Virus record (IMG/VR): IMGVR_UViG_3300042502_000959
Location: 3,035-67,034 of that record
Strand: one strand, 5' to 3'
DNA length: 64,000 nt
Source: a virus
Position numbers and translations under genes: made by a program. Each line of letters opens with the position of its first letter. Positions within the stretch are counted from its first letter, which is position 1. The notes beneath the pieces are model-generated. The model made no database searches. It had not been told where the DNA came from and saw only the letters and a list, made by a program, of their open reading frames with translations. Positions 10,162 through 21,034 of the stretch are shown here, piece after piece.

Positions 10162-13100
10162 ATGTTTGAAAGCAAAGAGCTAAACGATCATCTTAGTACT
10201 TCTTCTACAATAAAGTCTCGTGCTGCAGTTATTGCAGAATGGAACATGAATTTCTTTGAAAATATTGCAGATATTGGAAACTACAGATACCGTCCACTTC
10301 TTGGAATTGCTCAAAAATACGGATCAATACCAAACATCTATGACCCAAAAGACCTAGGAAACTTTTACACTGGCGCAACAGATGCTGATGTTTTAGTAGA
10401 TGGTGGTTTTGAAGAGGATGGCCAAACTCCAGTTGTTTTTAAACCTAAAAAAGAAAAAGAAAAACTTTTATTTTCTCTAGAAGAGTGTTTTGGAAAGTTT
10501 AGGCCAAGGTCTGGAATCAACAAACTTAGATACGGAATTACTGGAAAATACCTACATCACAGTAATGTTGACATGTTTAATCGGCCAAGATACTATATGC
10601 CAGACAAGAATGATACTTTTAAATACTGGACCTCATATAGGACTGAGGATGGAAAAGAGTACGGAATTGCAAACAATACTCTTAATGGCAATTACCACGT
10701 AGAAGATGTAGCCCCATATGTTGTATATAAAGAAGAAATTCCAGTAAACAGGATTGTTGTAAAGACGCAAACCAATGTTGGAAATGTTGATCTTGGACCA
10801 TTCTCCAACTCATCTGGAATATTTGCAGATCCATTTTTTGGAGAGGAAAATAAAACAACCCCAGTAAAATGGAAAATCCAATATCTAAAAAACAATATTT
10901 GGCTAGACGCAATTTCCTTTAATAAAAACTCTGTACGCTATAATGGCGATGCCATAATCGGAACAGATGGATACTTAGAAATTGGGTATGGACTTATTGT
11001 TCCAGATAGTTTTAGGTCAAACTTTATAAATAATGGAATCCTAGCCTCCACAACTATGCTTCCAACAGAAAATGAAAATGGTCAGGCCTACCTTGTAAAA
11101 CAAAACACGAATGACCTTGGGCGATACTATATTTGGAAAGACAGTGGCTACCTTGAATTTCACCCAGAATATGGTTGGTACGTAGTAGATGAAAACGTAG
11201 ACCAGCTTACAAACTTTGTAACAGATACAACAAGCCCTAAGAAATACAATACAGCTCAGGCTGGTATTTTAGACTATGAAGAGTTTTTGTTTATTTCAGG
11301 AATCAGGGTAGTTGTTGAAACAATGAATCGTTTTGGAGCAACCCTAGACCTAATAGAACTTTCTCCAAGACTAACAGTAGATCTAACTGAAAAAACAGTA
11401 GCATACTCAGTAACTAAAAATGCTTCAGATCTTGGGGTAAGTGGTTTGCCAGTTGGTCAGCTACTTGCATCTAATGGAGAGCTGTCCCTCTTTGACTATG
11501 ACCAGTCTTTTAATCAAAATAATATTTGGAATCCAAAAACTGGAACTGGAAGCATTATTGCAAAATACATAAACAAAAATATTCAAATAAAGTTTTATGA
11601 GATAATCTCAGATGTTACTGTCATAGATAATGAAGAAAATAAGATTAAAAAAAGTTTTTATGTTCCAATAAAAACATTGTATTCAGAATCTTTTCCACAG
11701 TCAAACCTAAAGAGTAGAGAGCTTAAGCTATCACTAAGAGACCTTTTCTTCTATTTTGAGTCTCAGTCAGCCCCAGAGCTTTTGATTCCAAACGCATCCT
11801 TGTCATACGCACTTGCAACAATTTTTGACAGCATAGGTTTTAGCAACTACTCCTTTAAAAGACTTGACGGAGAAAGCGATCCAATTATTCCATACTTCTT
11901 TGTTTCTCCAGATAAAACTATAGCAGAGGTATTAAACGATCTAGCCATAGCAACACAGACCGCAATGTATTTTGACGAGTACAACAACTTTGTTATGATG
12001 AGCAAAAACTACTCCTTGCCAACTGAAGAAGAAAGGCAAACAGATGTAATTTTGCTGGGATCAAATACTGATCCAAAGTTAACCACAACAGAACAAATTC
12101 GTGATGCTCAACCAAGACAATTAGAGAACATTATAGACATAGCCTCTCAGGATAACAACATCTATAATGATGGAAAAATAAGCTATATTGCAAGATACAT
12201 CCAGAAATCTATGGGCTCAATCAAGCAGGCCTATGTAGCAGACAAAAATATTTCTTGGATATATAAGCCAGCCCTGCTTTGGGAAGTATCTGGCACAGAA
12301 AATCTAAAGCCAACAAATGGACAAACAGCTACTGGAAATAAGTATGCCCTAGCAGCTATACCACTAAATTCAGATTTAAATGATCAAGTACCAGCAGTTC
12401 TAAATCATGAACTTGTTAATAATATTATTGATTTTGGCGATGGCATTTTGTACATTGGAAGATATAACGGATACTTTTATTCTAATGGAGAGGTCGTTAG
12501 ATACGACGCAGTAGAATACAATGTTTCGGTTTTGCCATCAAGCGTGGTAGACTCTAATTTTACTGGAGGAAACGTTTGGATATCTAGTCCACAAGAATAC
12601 GAAGACTATTTTTCTAAACTTTCTTTTAACGGAAAGATTTACCCAACTGGCCGTGCAAGAATTTATGCAGAGCCAAACTATGAAACTTTTGATGGAATAA
12701 CAAGAATGTCTAATGGCTCAGTAGCCAAGCACGGTAGGGGGCAGTTTGGAACAACAGTTGTAAATCACACAGCTGGCCTAAACCCATACTGGACAAATAA
12801 TGAAAATGTTTATGGCTGTAAAATGAAGTCTGCTTATCTATTTGGAAACCTTGCTTTTGAAGGTGACACCAGTGCTGGTACAGCTGGAGTAAGCAAATCT
12901 CTAGCTACAAAAGCCTCAAGATCTAGCGTAATTAAAAACTATCTTTCTTTTTCTCATAATGAAGAAACCTCTAATAAGAATAAACTCTCTTCAACTTCAG
13001 AAACTGTTCAGGCTTCGGCTCTTGTATTTAACGGTCCGTCTTTTTCATCACAAGAAACCCCCATTGACTTTATTTCCTATGTAAACAAACCTCTTAGTGG

Positions 13101-15381
13101 TTCTTTTAAACATTTTGGAACAAGAATGAGAATTGTCGGTAAACTTGAAAATAACGAGAAATCTGTTCAAACTCCAGCTGGGGCCACAACATACTTTAAC
13201 GTTCCTACTACAACTCCAGATGAAAATAAAACTATTTCTGGGGGAAGTGGTGGAATTGCAACATTGTTAAATCCAGAAAATAACAATGGGTATTATTTTG
13301 AAATAGCAGCATTGTCAGAAAAAAACATAGACCTATATAAAAGAAGTACCCCTAACATCAAAAAAAGCATAACCCGCTTTGATGCTACCACAACCAGCGT
13401 TGCAACTGTTTATGTATCTTCCGCAGCCACTAGCTATCCAGTCGGCAGTAAGGTTATGATATCTTCTGGAAAATCTGCTACTTCTAGCCCAGTAAATTTG
13501 CCAGTATATGCATTAGGAACTTGGACTGTAACTGCAGCAACATCTACCACAATAACAATAAGTGGATCTGGGTTTACTGTTGCAAATACTACAGGAATTA
13601 ATCAAACTGAAAATATTTCTTTGGCCCCCGCTACTTATAGTGCCGATGGAATATCCAATATATTTTTCTATAAACTATTAAAAAATACCAGCTATGATAT
13701 TCAGACTCCTGTGAGAGACCCCCTAGCACTACCAACCCCAACAGCAACAAGTTTAACTTTGGACAATAATCTTCCTGCAGTTGCTACAGAAACAACTTTA
13801 ACAGCTTCAACCAACTCACCACTAATATTGCCATCTGGCAGTCTTGCTCCTTCCATCGTTCAGGCTGGGCAAAGAGTTTTGCTAAGGGGACAAACAATTA
13901 CCTCACAAAATGGTTATTATAAATTAACCAATGCTGGAAATAATCCGCCAACAATTGTTGTAACCAGCCCTACCACCTTTGTTATGCCATTGCCAACTAG
14001 CGGCACAATTCCTGATTATGTTTCTGGTGGTTATGTATCTCGGCATGTTGAAGATGGACAATTTGGTATTGCGGTTGTATATGAAATTAGTCAAATCACT
14101 AAGAACGTATCTACTTTAACCTATACAACAACGACGCCTCACGGCTATACAACTGGTAATCGTGTTATTATTTCTGGGGTAAATCCTCCAATATATAACT
14201 CTGGGCCACCATCAAAATGGGTTTTAACTAAAGATGAAGACGCAATACCAGTCAGACTTTGGAGTGGACTTTCTTCAATTATTGTTGATGACGGAAATTT
14301 TGCTGGCCAGTCTAGGGTAATAGCTGAGGAGTATACAACGGTATACGACCTTGCAATAGAGTATGAAGATCTAGAAAAATCTAGAAGATTTTACCTATAT
14401 CTAAATGATACTCAGGTTGCTGTCGTAGATGACCCAGACCCCCTTCCGCTAAATAATGCAAACAACATGTCTTTATTTGTTCGTGGTGGTTCTCACTGTA
14501 TGTTTGAAAACGTATATGCTCTAGCTAATAACTATAGTCAAAACTCAGATGTTTCTTTGGGTCCAATTGCAAATAAAATTTTTACAAATAAAACTGATAT
14601 ATCGTCTAACGAAGCATTCAGAAAATATTCAATTAACGGTATTGTCCAGCCAACCTTTCTTTCTGGAATAAGTCCAGCGCAGCCACCACAGTATAATATT
14701 TTTTATGAGGAGTTTGGAAGTATTCTTAGAGAAATGGCATACTTTAACGTCAAATATGATAAGGCATATCCAGCTTTATATTCGATGGTATCTCCAACCT
14801 TTAACAAGCTTCGTGGATATACCGTATCTGGATTTTTTGGAGGAGCCTATGGGGCAGAGTTCCTAATCTTTAATGCTACAGATACCTTCTTGTTCTTAGA
14901 TGAAACTGTAGGAAACTACCTAAGAATTCAAGGAATTACTTTTACCCAAGATTCTCGCTACGAACTAACGGTAGATAATTATTTTGAAAAAACTGCAAAT
15001 TTTGCTAACCCTCAGATAAAAGAAGATATGACTATCTTATCTCCAACTACCCAAAAAGAGCTTTACAATGATATAAAGACTAGCAGAATAACTTATGGCA
15101 GAAATCAATTCTTGCTTGACTCTATCTATATTCAAAGCGCTGATACAGCTAACAATCTGATGAAATGGATAATATCAAAAATAATGAAGCCGAGAAAATC
15201 TGTGGGAGTTAACATTTTTGCTAACCCAACAATACAGCTAGGAGATATAGTTTCTATAAACTATTCCGATAGCTCTGACGAGGTAGCCTTTGAACCAGAA
15301 AAAAGATTTGTAGTATACAGCATAGACTACGCAAAAGATTCTTCTGGACCAAGCATGAGCCTATATTTGAGTGAGGTGTAG
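10162..15381 (+). CDS. Large minor tail / tail-tip protein
   Basis: 1739 aa, beta-rich; C-terminal NPTIQLGDIV hub-type motif; tail-fibre-type GQRVLLRGQT..SQNGYY motif. Confidence 0.75.
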   Translation: MFESKELNDHLSTSSTIKSRAAVIAEWNMNFFENIADIGNYRYRPLLGIAQKYGSIPNIYDPKDLGNFYTGATDADVLVDGGFEEDGQTPVVFKPKKEKEKLLFSLEECFGKFRPRSGINKLRYGITGKYLHHSNVDMFNRPRYYMPDKNDTFKYWTSYRTEDGKEYGIANNTLNGNYHVEDVAPYVVYKEEIPVNRIVVKTQTNVGNVDLGPFSNSSGIFADPFFGEENKTTPVKWKIQYLKNNIWLDAISFNKNSVRYNGDAIIGTDGYLEIGYGLIVPDSFRSNFINNGILASTTMLPTENENGQAYLVKQNTNDLGRYYIWKDSGYLEFHPEYGWYVVDENVDQLTNFVTDTTSPKKYNTAQAGILDYEEFLFISGIRVVVETMNRFGATLDLIELSPRLTVDLTEKTVAYSVTKNASDLGVSGLPVGQLLASNGELSLFDYDQSFNQNNIWNPKTGTGSIIAKYINKNIQIKFYEIISDVTVIDNEENKIKKSFYVPIKTLYSESFPQSNLKSRELKLSLRDLFFYFESQSAPELLIPNASLSYALATIFDSIGFSNYSFKRLDGESDPIIPYFFVSPDKTIAEVLNDLAIATQTAMYFDEYNNFVMMSKNYSLPTEEERQTDVILLGSNTDPKLTTTEQIRDAQPRQLENIIDIASQDNNIYNDGKISYIARYIQKSMGSIKQAYVADKNISWIYKPALLWEVSGTENLKPTNGQTATGNKYALAAIPLNSDLNDQVPAVLNHELVNNIIDFGDGILYIGRYNGYFYSNGEVVRYDAVEYNVSVLPSSVVDSNFTGGNVWISSPQEYEDYFSKLSFNGKIYPTGRARIYAEPNYETFDGITRMSNGSVAKHGRGQFGTTVVNHTAGLNPYWTNNENVYGCKMKSAYLFGNLAFEGDTSAGTAGVSKSLATKASRSSVIKNYLSFSHNEETSNKNKLSSTSETVQASALVFNGPSFSSQETPIDFISYVNKPLSGSFKHFGTRMRIVGKLENNEKSVQTPAGATTYFNVPTTTPDENKTISGGSGGIATLLNPENNNGYYFEIAALSEKNIDLYKRSTPNIKKSITRFDATTTSVATVYVSSAATSYPVGSKVMISSGKSATSSPVNLPVYALGTWTVTAATSTTITISGSGFTVANTTGINQTENISLAPATYSADGISNIFFYKLLKNTSYDIQTPVRDPLALPTPTATSLTLDNNLPAVATETTLTASTNSPLILPSGSLAPSIVQAGQRVLLRGQTITSQNGYYKLTNAGNNPPTIVVTSPTTFVMPLPTSGTIPDYVSGGYVSRHVEDGQFGIAVVYEISQITKNVSTLTYTTTTPHGYTTGNRVIISGVNPPIYNSGPPSKWVLTKDEDAIPVRLWSGLSSIIVDDGNFAGQSRVIAEEYTTVYDLAIEYEDLEKSRRFYLYLNDTQVAVVDDPDPLPLNNANNMSLFVRGGSHCMFENVYALANNYSQNSDVSLGPIANKIFTNKTDISSNEAFRKYSINGIVQPTFLSGISPAQPPQYNIFYEEFGSILREMAYFNVKYDKAYPALYSMVSPTFNKLRGYTVSGFFGGAYGAEFLIFNATDTFLFLDETVGNYLRIQGITFTQDSRYELTVDNYFEKTANFANPQIKEDMTILSPTTQKELYNDIKTSRITYGRNQFLLDSIYIQSADTANNLMKWIISKIMKPRKSVGVNIFANPTIQLGDIVSINYSDSSDEVAFEPEKRFVVYSIDYAKDSSGPSMSLYLSEV

Positions 15382-15383
15382 TT

Positions 15384-16304
15384 ATGGCACTTAGTAAAGA
15401 CTCAAACTCAAGAATACAAAGAGTTGCTGCACCAGCAGCAAAGCCAACGGCACAACAAGTAGGAAAGTCCCCAGATCAAATAGAGAGGGAGGTTGCAGCA
15501 AAAGCTGCTCAAATAAAGAGAGACCAGGAGGCAAGTGCTGCAGCCTTTAAAGCCTCTAAGCTAGGTATTTCTGGATTTAATAGTATGACAGACTCCAAGG
15601 CTACGGCTGCGGCCAAACCTTCAGCTCCTTCAACCCCTTCGGCCCCTTCAGCCCCATCACGACCCGCTGCTCCAGCGGTAGATCAGGGAGCCCTGGACAG
15701 GGCAGCCCAGGCAGAAAGAGATAGGCTGGCTCAACTGGAAAGAGAAAGACAGGCCCAGCTCGAAAGAGAACGACTTGAAAGAGAAAGGCAGGAAGCGGTA
15801 GAGCGAGCCAAGCAAGAGGCTATTGCCAGAATGCCAATACCACTCGTTCCAGCTACAAGAGAACCAGTCAAGTATGCGACACCAGAAGATGTCCTTATTG
15901 ATGAAAACGATGTGCCGATAGAATTAATCCTTAAACTAACTTTAGAAAAAATTGGCGGCTTAGAATTAATAAACCTTGTAAGACACGATACTGTTAATGG
16001 ACAAAACATAATCTATAGGCCAATAAAAAACGTTTCTCAGTTGGCAATTGATTATAACCCACAAAACATGGTAAAGATGCCAGGCTCTGGAGAAGAATAT
16101 TTTAAGAATTTTGCAATAAAGCTAGAAAATCATATAGAGCAAACTACAAACGAAGACCCACCCCTAGTAGCCTACATTGATCCAATTACTAAAAATGTTA
16201 TAATTGATGTAATTAACACTAAGGCAGATTACGAAATAGAGGTCCAAATGGTCTCTTCTGGAAAAGTTTTTGATGGTACAATATATGAAGAGGATTATTC
16301 ATGA
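15384..16304 (+). CDS. Tail-associated hypothetical protein with Pro/Ala-rich and charged coiled-coil N-terminus
   Basis: 306 aa in tail operon; PSAPS and ERERL repeats. Confidence 0.55.
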   Translation: MALSKDSNSRIQRVAAPAAKPTAQQVGKSPDQIEREVAAKAAQIKRDQEASAAAFKASKLGISGFNSMTDSKATAAAKPSAPSTPSAPSAPSRPAAPAVDQGALDRAAQAERDRLAQLERERQAQLERERLERERQEAVERAKQEAIARMPIPLVPATREPVKYATPEDVLIDENDVPIELILKLTLEKIGGLELINLVRHDTVNGQNIIYRPIKNVSQLAIDYNPQNMVKMPGSGEEYFKNFAIKLENHIEQTTNEDPPLVAYIDPITKNVIIDVINTKADYEIEVQMVSSGKVFDGTIYEEDYS

Positions 16305-17482
16305 TTACAGATGTTGGCAAAAACCTATTGGCTAAGTACCTTATTGGACAGGCTCCATCTTACGCAACTCATATTGCTATTGGTTGTGGACCAACCCCTA
16401 AAGCTATAACCTATGACCCAACCAGCGAGGACATAACCGACATCCTAGCAAAGAAAAATTTAGACTTTGAAATGTTTCGTGTTCCAATTAGCTCAAGGGG
16501 ATATGTAAATGAAAATGGCGATTCTAAAATTGTTTTAACAGCCGAACTACCAACGATTGAAAGATACGAAATTACAGAAATAGGAATTTATTCTGCTGCA
16601 TCAAATCCAACTGCTGGAGCATACGATAGTAAAACCGTTTATTCTTTTTCAACAGCAGAAAACTGGGAGTATCACACAGCAACTGCAGCATCCACGATTG
16701 AGGTGGTTAATACCCCCTTGGCGCAAGACCCTCTAGAGAAAGCAATAATTACTCCTAGAGTTCCCGCAGTCTTTCAAACCAATGCTGACAATACAACCCT
16801 TCTTGACATTAATAGGCTAAATAGATATGAGTCTTGCAGGTATTTAAATAACACAATATTTATCCCAGGAAATGAGTCAACCCTATCTATTCCTTCAGGA
16901 TCAAGGATGGTAGCCACTAATGGATCAAATCATATACACTTGACTGGAGCAAGTCTTGATTTTAATAAAAATTCAGCAAGTGATGAGCTAAAGCTTGCAT
17001 TTTCTATTGTTAATAAAAGTGCAACGCCTACAGCAAATGGCTTTCACCCAACAAGAGTAAAGCTGTTAGTTGAGTTTGCAGATAGCGATGCTGAAGAAGC
17101 AACAAACTATGCTCAGTTCCAAGTAGACATAACTAACGGAGTTGGTGGCTATGATTTTGCAACCAATAGATATATTGTTGTAACCAAGCAATTAAAAGAT
17201 TTAATCAAAAGCACAAGCTTTACTTGGAATACTGTTAACGTTGTAAAAATTTGGGCATCGGTATTGGGAGCTGGGGGAACACCAACCTCAGACTACTACG
17301 TAGCTCTCGACGCAATTAGGCTAGAAAATACTTCTTCTATTAATCCATTATACGGAATGACTGGCTATTCCGTAGTAAGATCTCCAGATATTCTTCCAAT
17401 TGTAAAAGTTTCAAATACTGCAAACCTAGTAGAGTTTCGTTTTGCACTAGATGTAGATCTGGGTACTGGAAATGCCAGCTAA
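16301..17482 (+). CDS. Minor tail/baseplate protein
   Basis: MITDVGKNLLAKY..HIAIG..ITEIGIY motif typical of tail fibre attachment/baseplate proteins. Confidence 0.6.
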   Translation: MITDVGKNLLAKYLIGQAPSYATHIAIGCGPTPKAITYDPTSEDITDILAKKNLDFEMFRVPISSRGYVNENGDSKIVLTAELPTIERYEITEIGIYSAASNPTAGAYDSKTVYSFSTAENWEYHTATAASTIEVVNTPLAQDPLEKAIITPRVPAVFQTNADNTTLLDINRLNRYESCRYLNNTIFIPGNESTLSIPSGSRMVATNGSNHIHLTGASLDFNKNSASDELKLAFSIVNKSATPTANGFHPTRVKLLVEFADSDAEEATNYAQFQVDITNGVGGYDFATNRYIVVTKQLKDLIKSTSFTWNTVNVVKIWASVLGAGGTPTSDYYVALDAIRLENTSSINPLYGMTGYSVVRSPDILPIVKVSNTANLVEFRFALDVDLGTGNAS

Positions 17483-17933
17483 AAAGGTAACTATTGAAAA
17501 AAAGGACTTGCCACCACTTTCTCCAAATGGGGAGTACCTAATTCGATACCGAGTTATTTCGGAAGATAAGAATAGAACATCCCCCTGGTCTCCCATATAC
17601 ACCTTAGATGCAAAACCTTTTATAGAAGATGTACTTGGGGGCCTTCAGTTGTCTGACACCTCTTTAGCAATTACAGCAATTTGGGAAGAATCTCCCGTAG
17701 CTTCATCATATGATGTTTTTGTAAGTTTTGGCATATATAATACTGGAACCTCAACGTTTGCTTGGGGCAGCTATGCCTATCATGGATCTTCATTATCTCA
17801 ATCTTATTCTTTTTTAAGACCTTCTGCTGCCACTGGTATACGTGTCAAGATACAGCTTGCTGGGATAGAAAAGGTATTAAGCCCTGCCCTAGAGATTTGC
17901 AATATAGAAGATTTTGTAGTTAGCCTCTCATAA
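17472..17933 (+). CDS. Minor tail protein (FnIII-like)
   Basis: Overlaps previous gene; YLIRYRV..RTSPWSP motif. Confidence 0.5.
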   Translation: MPAKKVTIEKKDLPPLSPNGEYLIRYRVISEDKNRTSPWSPIYTLDAKPFIEDVLGGLQLSDTSLAITAIWEESPVASSYDVFVSFGIYNTGTSTFAWGSYAYHGSSLSQSYSFLRPSAATGIRVKIQLAGIEKVLSPALEICNIEDFVVSLS

Positions 17934-17960
17934 ACCCGTTTGTTTGTGTTATAATTAACT

Positions 17961-18404
17961 ATGGCAAGAATACCAACACCAGACAGAGGACAGCCTCTAG
18001 ACGTAAATTATGTCTATCAAATAGTTGAAGCAATCAATGATTTATCTTCTCAGATATCTTCTGCAAGATATAAGTATGCATCGATAGATACATCAGAGGG
18101 CCGCCAAAGTACACTGCTTACGGATACAAAAGTGGTGGCTGGAGAGCATGTTATTTATCCAACCCTAACAAATGTAACTGCAGAAACAGACCAATCTTTT
18201 ACATACTCTTTTAAGGGTGAATACAAGTATCCTCCAATTGTCACAGCTACCCCAGTTCTTATCGAGGGAACATCATCTGGAAAAGATGTGTCTGTAGTTA
18301 TTTCAAGCGTTACTAACTCGGCAGTAAATGGAATTGTTCGTTTTAATAGCCCAGGACAGCTAGCCGTTAAGGTTCATATTATTGCTGTCGGTATTCCAAA
18401 CTAA
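17961..18404 (+). CDS. Minor tail protein (small beta-sandwich)
   Basis: Leaderless after TATAAT; F...YKYPPIVTAT..HIIAVG motif resembles H-type-lectin-like/gp53-like fibre tips. Confidence 0.5.
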   Translation: MARIPTPDRGQPLDVNYVYQIVEAINDLSSQISSARYKYASIDTSEGRQSTLLTDTKVVAGEHVIYPTLTNVTAETDQSFTYSFKGEYKYPPIVTATPVLIEGTSSGKDVSVVISSVTNSAVNGIVRFNSPGQLAVKVHIIAVGIPN

Positions 18405-18406
18405 CA

Positions 18407-18949
18407 ATGGCTAAAAGACACGGCCAAGTCGACATGGTAGAGTATAACTCTTTACCAGTTATTCCAGGAAACAAGAAGGTTTGGTTTTTAAACGGAGACC
18501 TAATAAGAGTTCATCACTTAAACAAGTCTAATGGAATCATGTCAGTTTACAATATTGTAAAAGATAGGATTGAGAGTTGTTTGATTTCAGATTTTAAAAA
18601 AAATAGGGAGAGGGCTTATACTGTTGGAGAAACAGCCTCACTAGTAAATCGTCATAAGAAGTATATGCCAAGCTTGATGAAGCGTGAAATTATTCCTCAT
18701 CCTACTGGATCCCAAAAAGGCGGGGGAACTGGATGGCAAGTAAGATCCTATTACGCAGAATCACAGGTAAAAGAAATTCGTGATATACTAGCTACCTACC
18801 ACATGGGTAGACCAAGAAATGATAAGCTAATAACCAACGATATAACTCCTAGCCGTCAGGAATTGACAAGGCGTCTGGGAGATGGTATACTGACTTATAC
18901 GAAAACAGAAGATGGTAGATTTATTCCAATTTGGAATGAAAGCATATAA
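18407..18949 (+). CDS. MerR-like HTH DNA-binding protein
   Basis: YTVGETASLVNRH...GWQVRSYY winged-HTH pattern. Confidence 0.55.
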   Translation: MAKRHGQVDMVEYNSLPVIPGNKKVWFLNGDLIRVHHLNKSNGIMSVYNIVKDRIESCLISDFKKNRERAYTVGETASLVNRHKKYMPSLMKREIIPHPTGSQKGGGTGWQVRSYYAESQVKEIRDILATYHMGRPRNDKLITNDITPSRQELTRRLGDGILTYTKTEDGRFIPIWNESI

Positions 18950-18964
18950 TAGAAGGAACTGGGT

Positions 18965-19174
18965 ATGGAAAACGAAAGCACTAGAGTAAAAGTTGGGTTA
19001 GGATACACTCTTAACCTTGGCAACTTTCAGTCACTAAGAATTGACCTAGAGGTATCAGATAGCAAGCGAGACAGCGAAAACACTGGAGAAGCCTTTGAAC
19101 GTGTCTATGAATTTGTAGAAAACAAGCTAGCAGAAAAGGTTAAAGAAGCCTCTTCTGAAATCGACAGCAAGTAA
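18965..19174 (+). CDS. Hypothetical protein
   Basis: 69 aa, AAGGA RBS, GYTLNLGNFQSLRID motif. Confidence 0.7.
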   Translation: MENESTRVKVGLGYTLNLGNFQSLRIDLEVSDSKRDSENTGEAFERVYEFVENKLAEKVKEASSEIDSK

Positions 19175-19482
19175 TGGCTGAGCGTAAATACCGAATGGCT
19201 TTGCTTAGTAGGTATAGTAAACTACACAAAGCTAGGTATGAAGAAAAGCCAATCGTAAATCTTAACGTAGAGCAATGGGCTGCAGATGCCTTGATAGAGT
19301 CTTTTACCCTAGAGATTTGTTACGATATGCTAGACTACTATTTTGAAGTAAGCCCTAACCCATCTTGGAAGTATTTTGCAAACTACGCAGAAACAATTAT
19401 AGAATCTAGAGAAAGAATTGTTCAGGACTTAAGGGAAAGATCTGAAAGACGACAAAAAGCGAAGGAATGGTTAAGTGAGTAA
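19174..19482 (+). CDS. Hypothetical protein (possible helicase loader)
   Basis: Coupled between the previous gene and helicase. Confidence 0.6.
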   Translation: MAERKYRMALLSRYSKLHKARYEEKPIVNLNVEQWAADALIESFTLEICYDMLDYYFEVSPNPSWKYFANYAETIIESRERIVQDLRERSERRQKAKEWLSE

Positions 19483-20695
19483 TGTAGAGGCTAAGCTAAT
19501 ATCTGCAGTCTTAAAAGACAAACAGGTCCACGTTTTGCTGCAAGCAAACGTAGAAAACCTATTGCGCACTCACACAGATGTTTGGCAGTTCATTAGAAAA
19601 TATTCTGAGGTAAATGGATCCGTTCCCCCAACAACCCTAGTTGTAGAAAAATTTAGAGACTTCTCTACTACAGAAGATGTAGGTTCAACAAAGCACCACC
19701 TAGAAGAATTACAAGCAGAGTATCTTAATGCTAGTCTAAAAGATATCCTTATGACAACAGCTGCAGATGTCCAAAGTGGCAAAGGCCCAGAAGCACTAGA
19801 AGAGCTAATCACAAAAACATCAGAGTTAAAAAAGAATACGGCTGTTATTCGTGACATTGACGTCACAGATATTGACTCTGCTGTAGCTTACTTTGAGAAT
19901 GTGCAAAGACAGAAAGAGCTGGGCATACTTGGAATTAAAACTGGTTTGCCAGGTTTTGACAACTACCTCCCTTCTGGAATTATGCCAGGACAGCTAGGAG
20001 TGTTCCTTGCTTATCCAGGTATTGGAAAGTCTTGGCTATCTCTTTACTTTGCTGTTCAAGCTTGGAAGCAGGGCAAGTCTCCAATGGTCATCAGCCTTGA
20101 GATGTCGGAGACAGAAGTTCGTAATCGTGTATTTACTATTATGGGCGAGGGTCTTTGGTCGCACCGTAAGATAAGTAACGGAGAAATAGATATTGAAGAC
20201 CTTAAGCGTTGGCACAAGGTAAACGTCGAGGGTAAGCCAGAGTTTCACATCATTTCTAATGATACTGGTGGAGACATTACCCCATCGGTTCTTCGTGGAA
20301 AGATAGATCAGTATAAGCCAGACTTTGTTATTGTTGACTATCTACAGCTAATGAGTCCTAATCAAAAGTCAGATAACGAAACTGTAAGAATGAAGAACTT
20401 GTCTCGTGAGCTAAAGCTTATGGCTATTGGAGAAGAAGTTCCAATTATGGCTATTTCTTCTGCCACGCCAGATGATGTTACAAAGCTAGACACCGTCCCT
20501 ACGCTGGGTCAGACAGCTTGGTCACGTCAAATTGCCTACGATGCCGACTGGGTCCTAGCAATGGGTAGAGCTGCTAATAGCGATATCCTAGAATGTGTAT
20601 TCAGGAAAAACCGTAATGGATTTATGGGAGACTTCCTTGTTCAAGCTGACTTTGACAAGGGATGGTACAAATATAAAGATTATGAAGATAAGTAG
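19475..20695 (+). CDS. dnaB: DnaB-like replicative helicase
   Basis: Walker A AYPGIGKS, SLEM, VIVDYLQLM, AYDADWV, KNRNG. Confidence 0.93.
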   Translation: MSNVEAKLISAVLKDKQVHVLLQANVENLLRTHTDVWQFIRKYSEVNGSVPPTTLVVEKFRDFSTTEDVGSTKHHLEELQAEYLNASLKDILMTTAADVQSGKGPEALEELITKTSELKKNTAVIRDIDVTDIDSAVAYFENVQRQKELGILGIKTGLPGFDNYLPSGIMPGQLGVFLAYPGIGKSWLSLYFAVQAWKQGKSPMVISLEMSETEVRNRVFTIMGEGLWSHRKISNGEIDIEDLKRWHKVNVEGKPEFHIISNDTGGDITPSVLRGKIDQYKPDFVIVDYLQLMSPNQKSDNETVRMKNLSRELKLMAIGEEVPIMAISSATPDDVTKLDTVPTLGQTAWSRQIAYDADWVLAMGRAANSDILECVFRKNRNGFMGDFLVQADFDKGWYKYKDYEDK

Positions 20696-20707
20696 TTATA
20701 ATGGTTT

Positions 20708-21034
20708 ATGGACAGTTTACACCATAAACCGATTAAGAGCTTCTTCCTAGATGGCATCATCTATGACGATTCAACAATTGCACGACTAAAAATAGAATAC
20801 ATAAAACTATTACTAGTTGAAATGAAAACTTTGGGGTATGTGCCAAGGCTAGACCTTGACCCAGACTTCACAATAAGGTATAATAAAGAAGTACAAATAT
20901 TTGAATTTAAATTAACGACATATGGAATATACGTAGGAAAGAAAAAAACACAGTGGATAATAGGACTAGACGGAACAAGAGTAATCTATACACAAAAGAG
21001 CAAGTTGAAAGAGTTCTTGAGGGATCGGGTATAG
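20708..21034 (+). CDS. Hypothetical protein
   Basis: 108 aa, leaderless after TATAAT 20697-20702. Confidence 0.65.
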   Translation: MDSLHHKPIKSFFLDGIIYDDSTIARLKIEYIKLLLVEMKTLGYVPRLDLDPDFTIRYNKEVQIFEFKLTTYGIYVGKKKTQWIIGLDGTRVIYTQKSKLKEFLRDRV

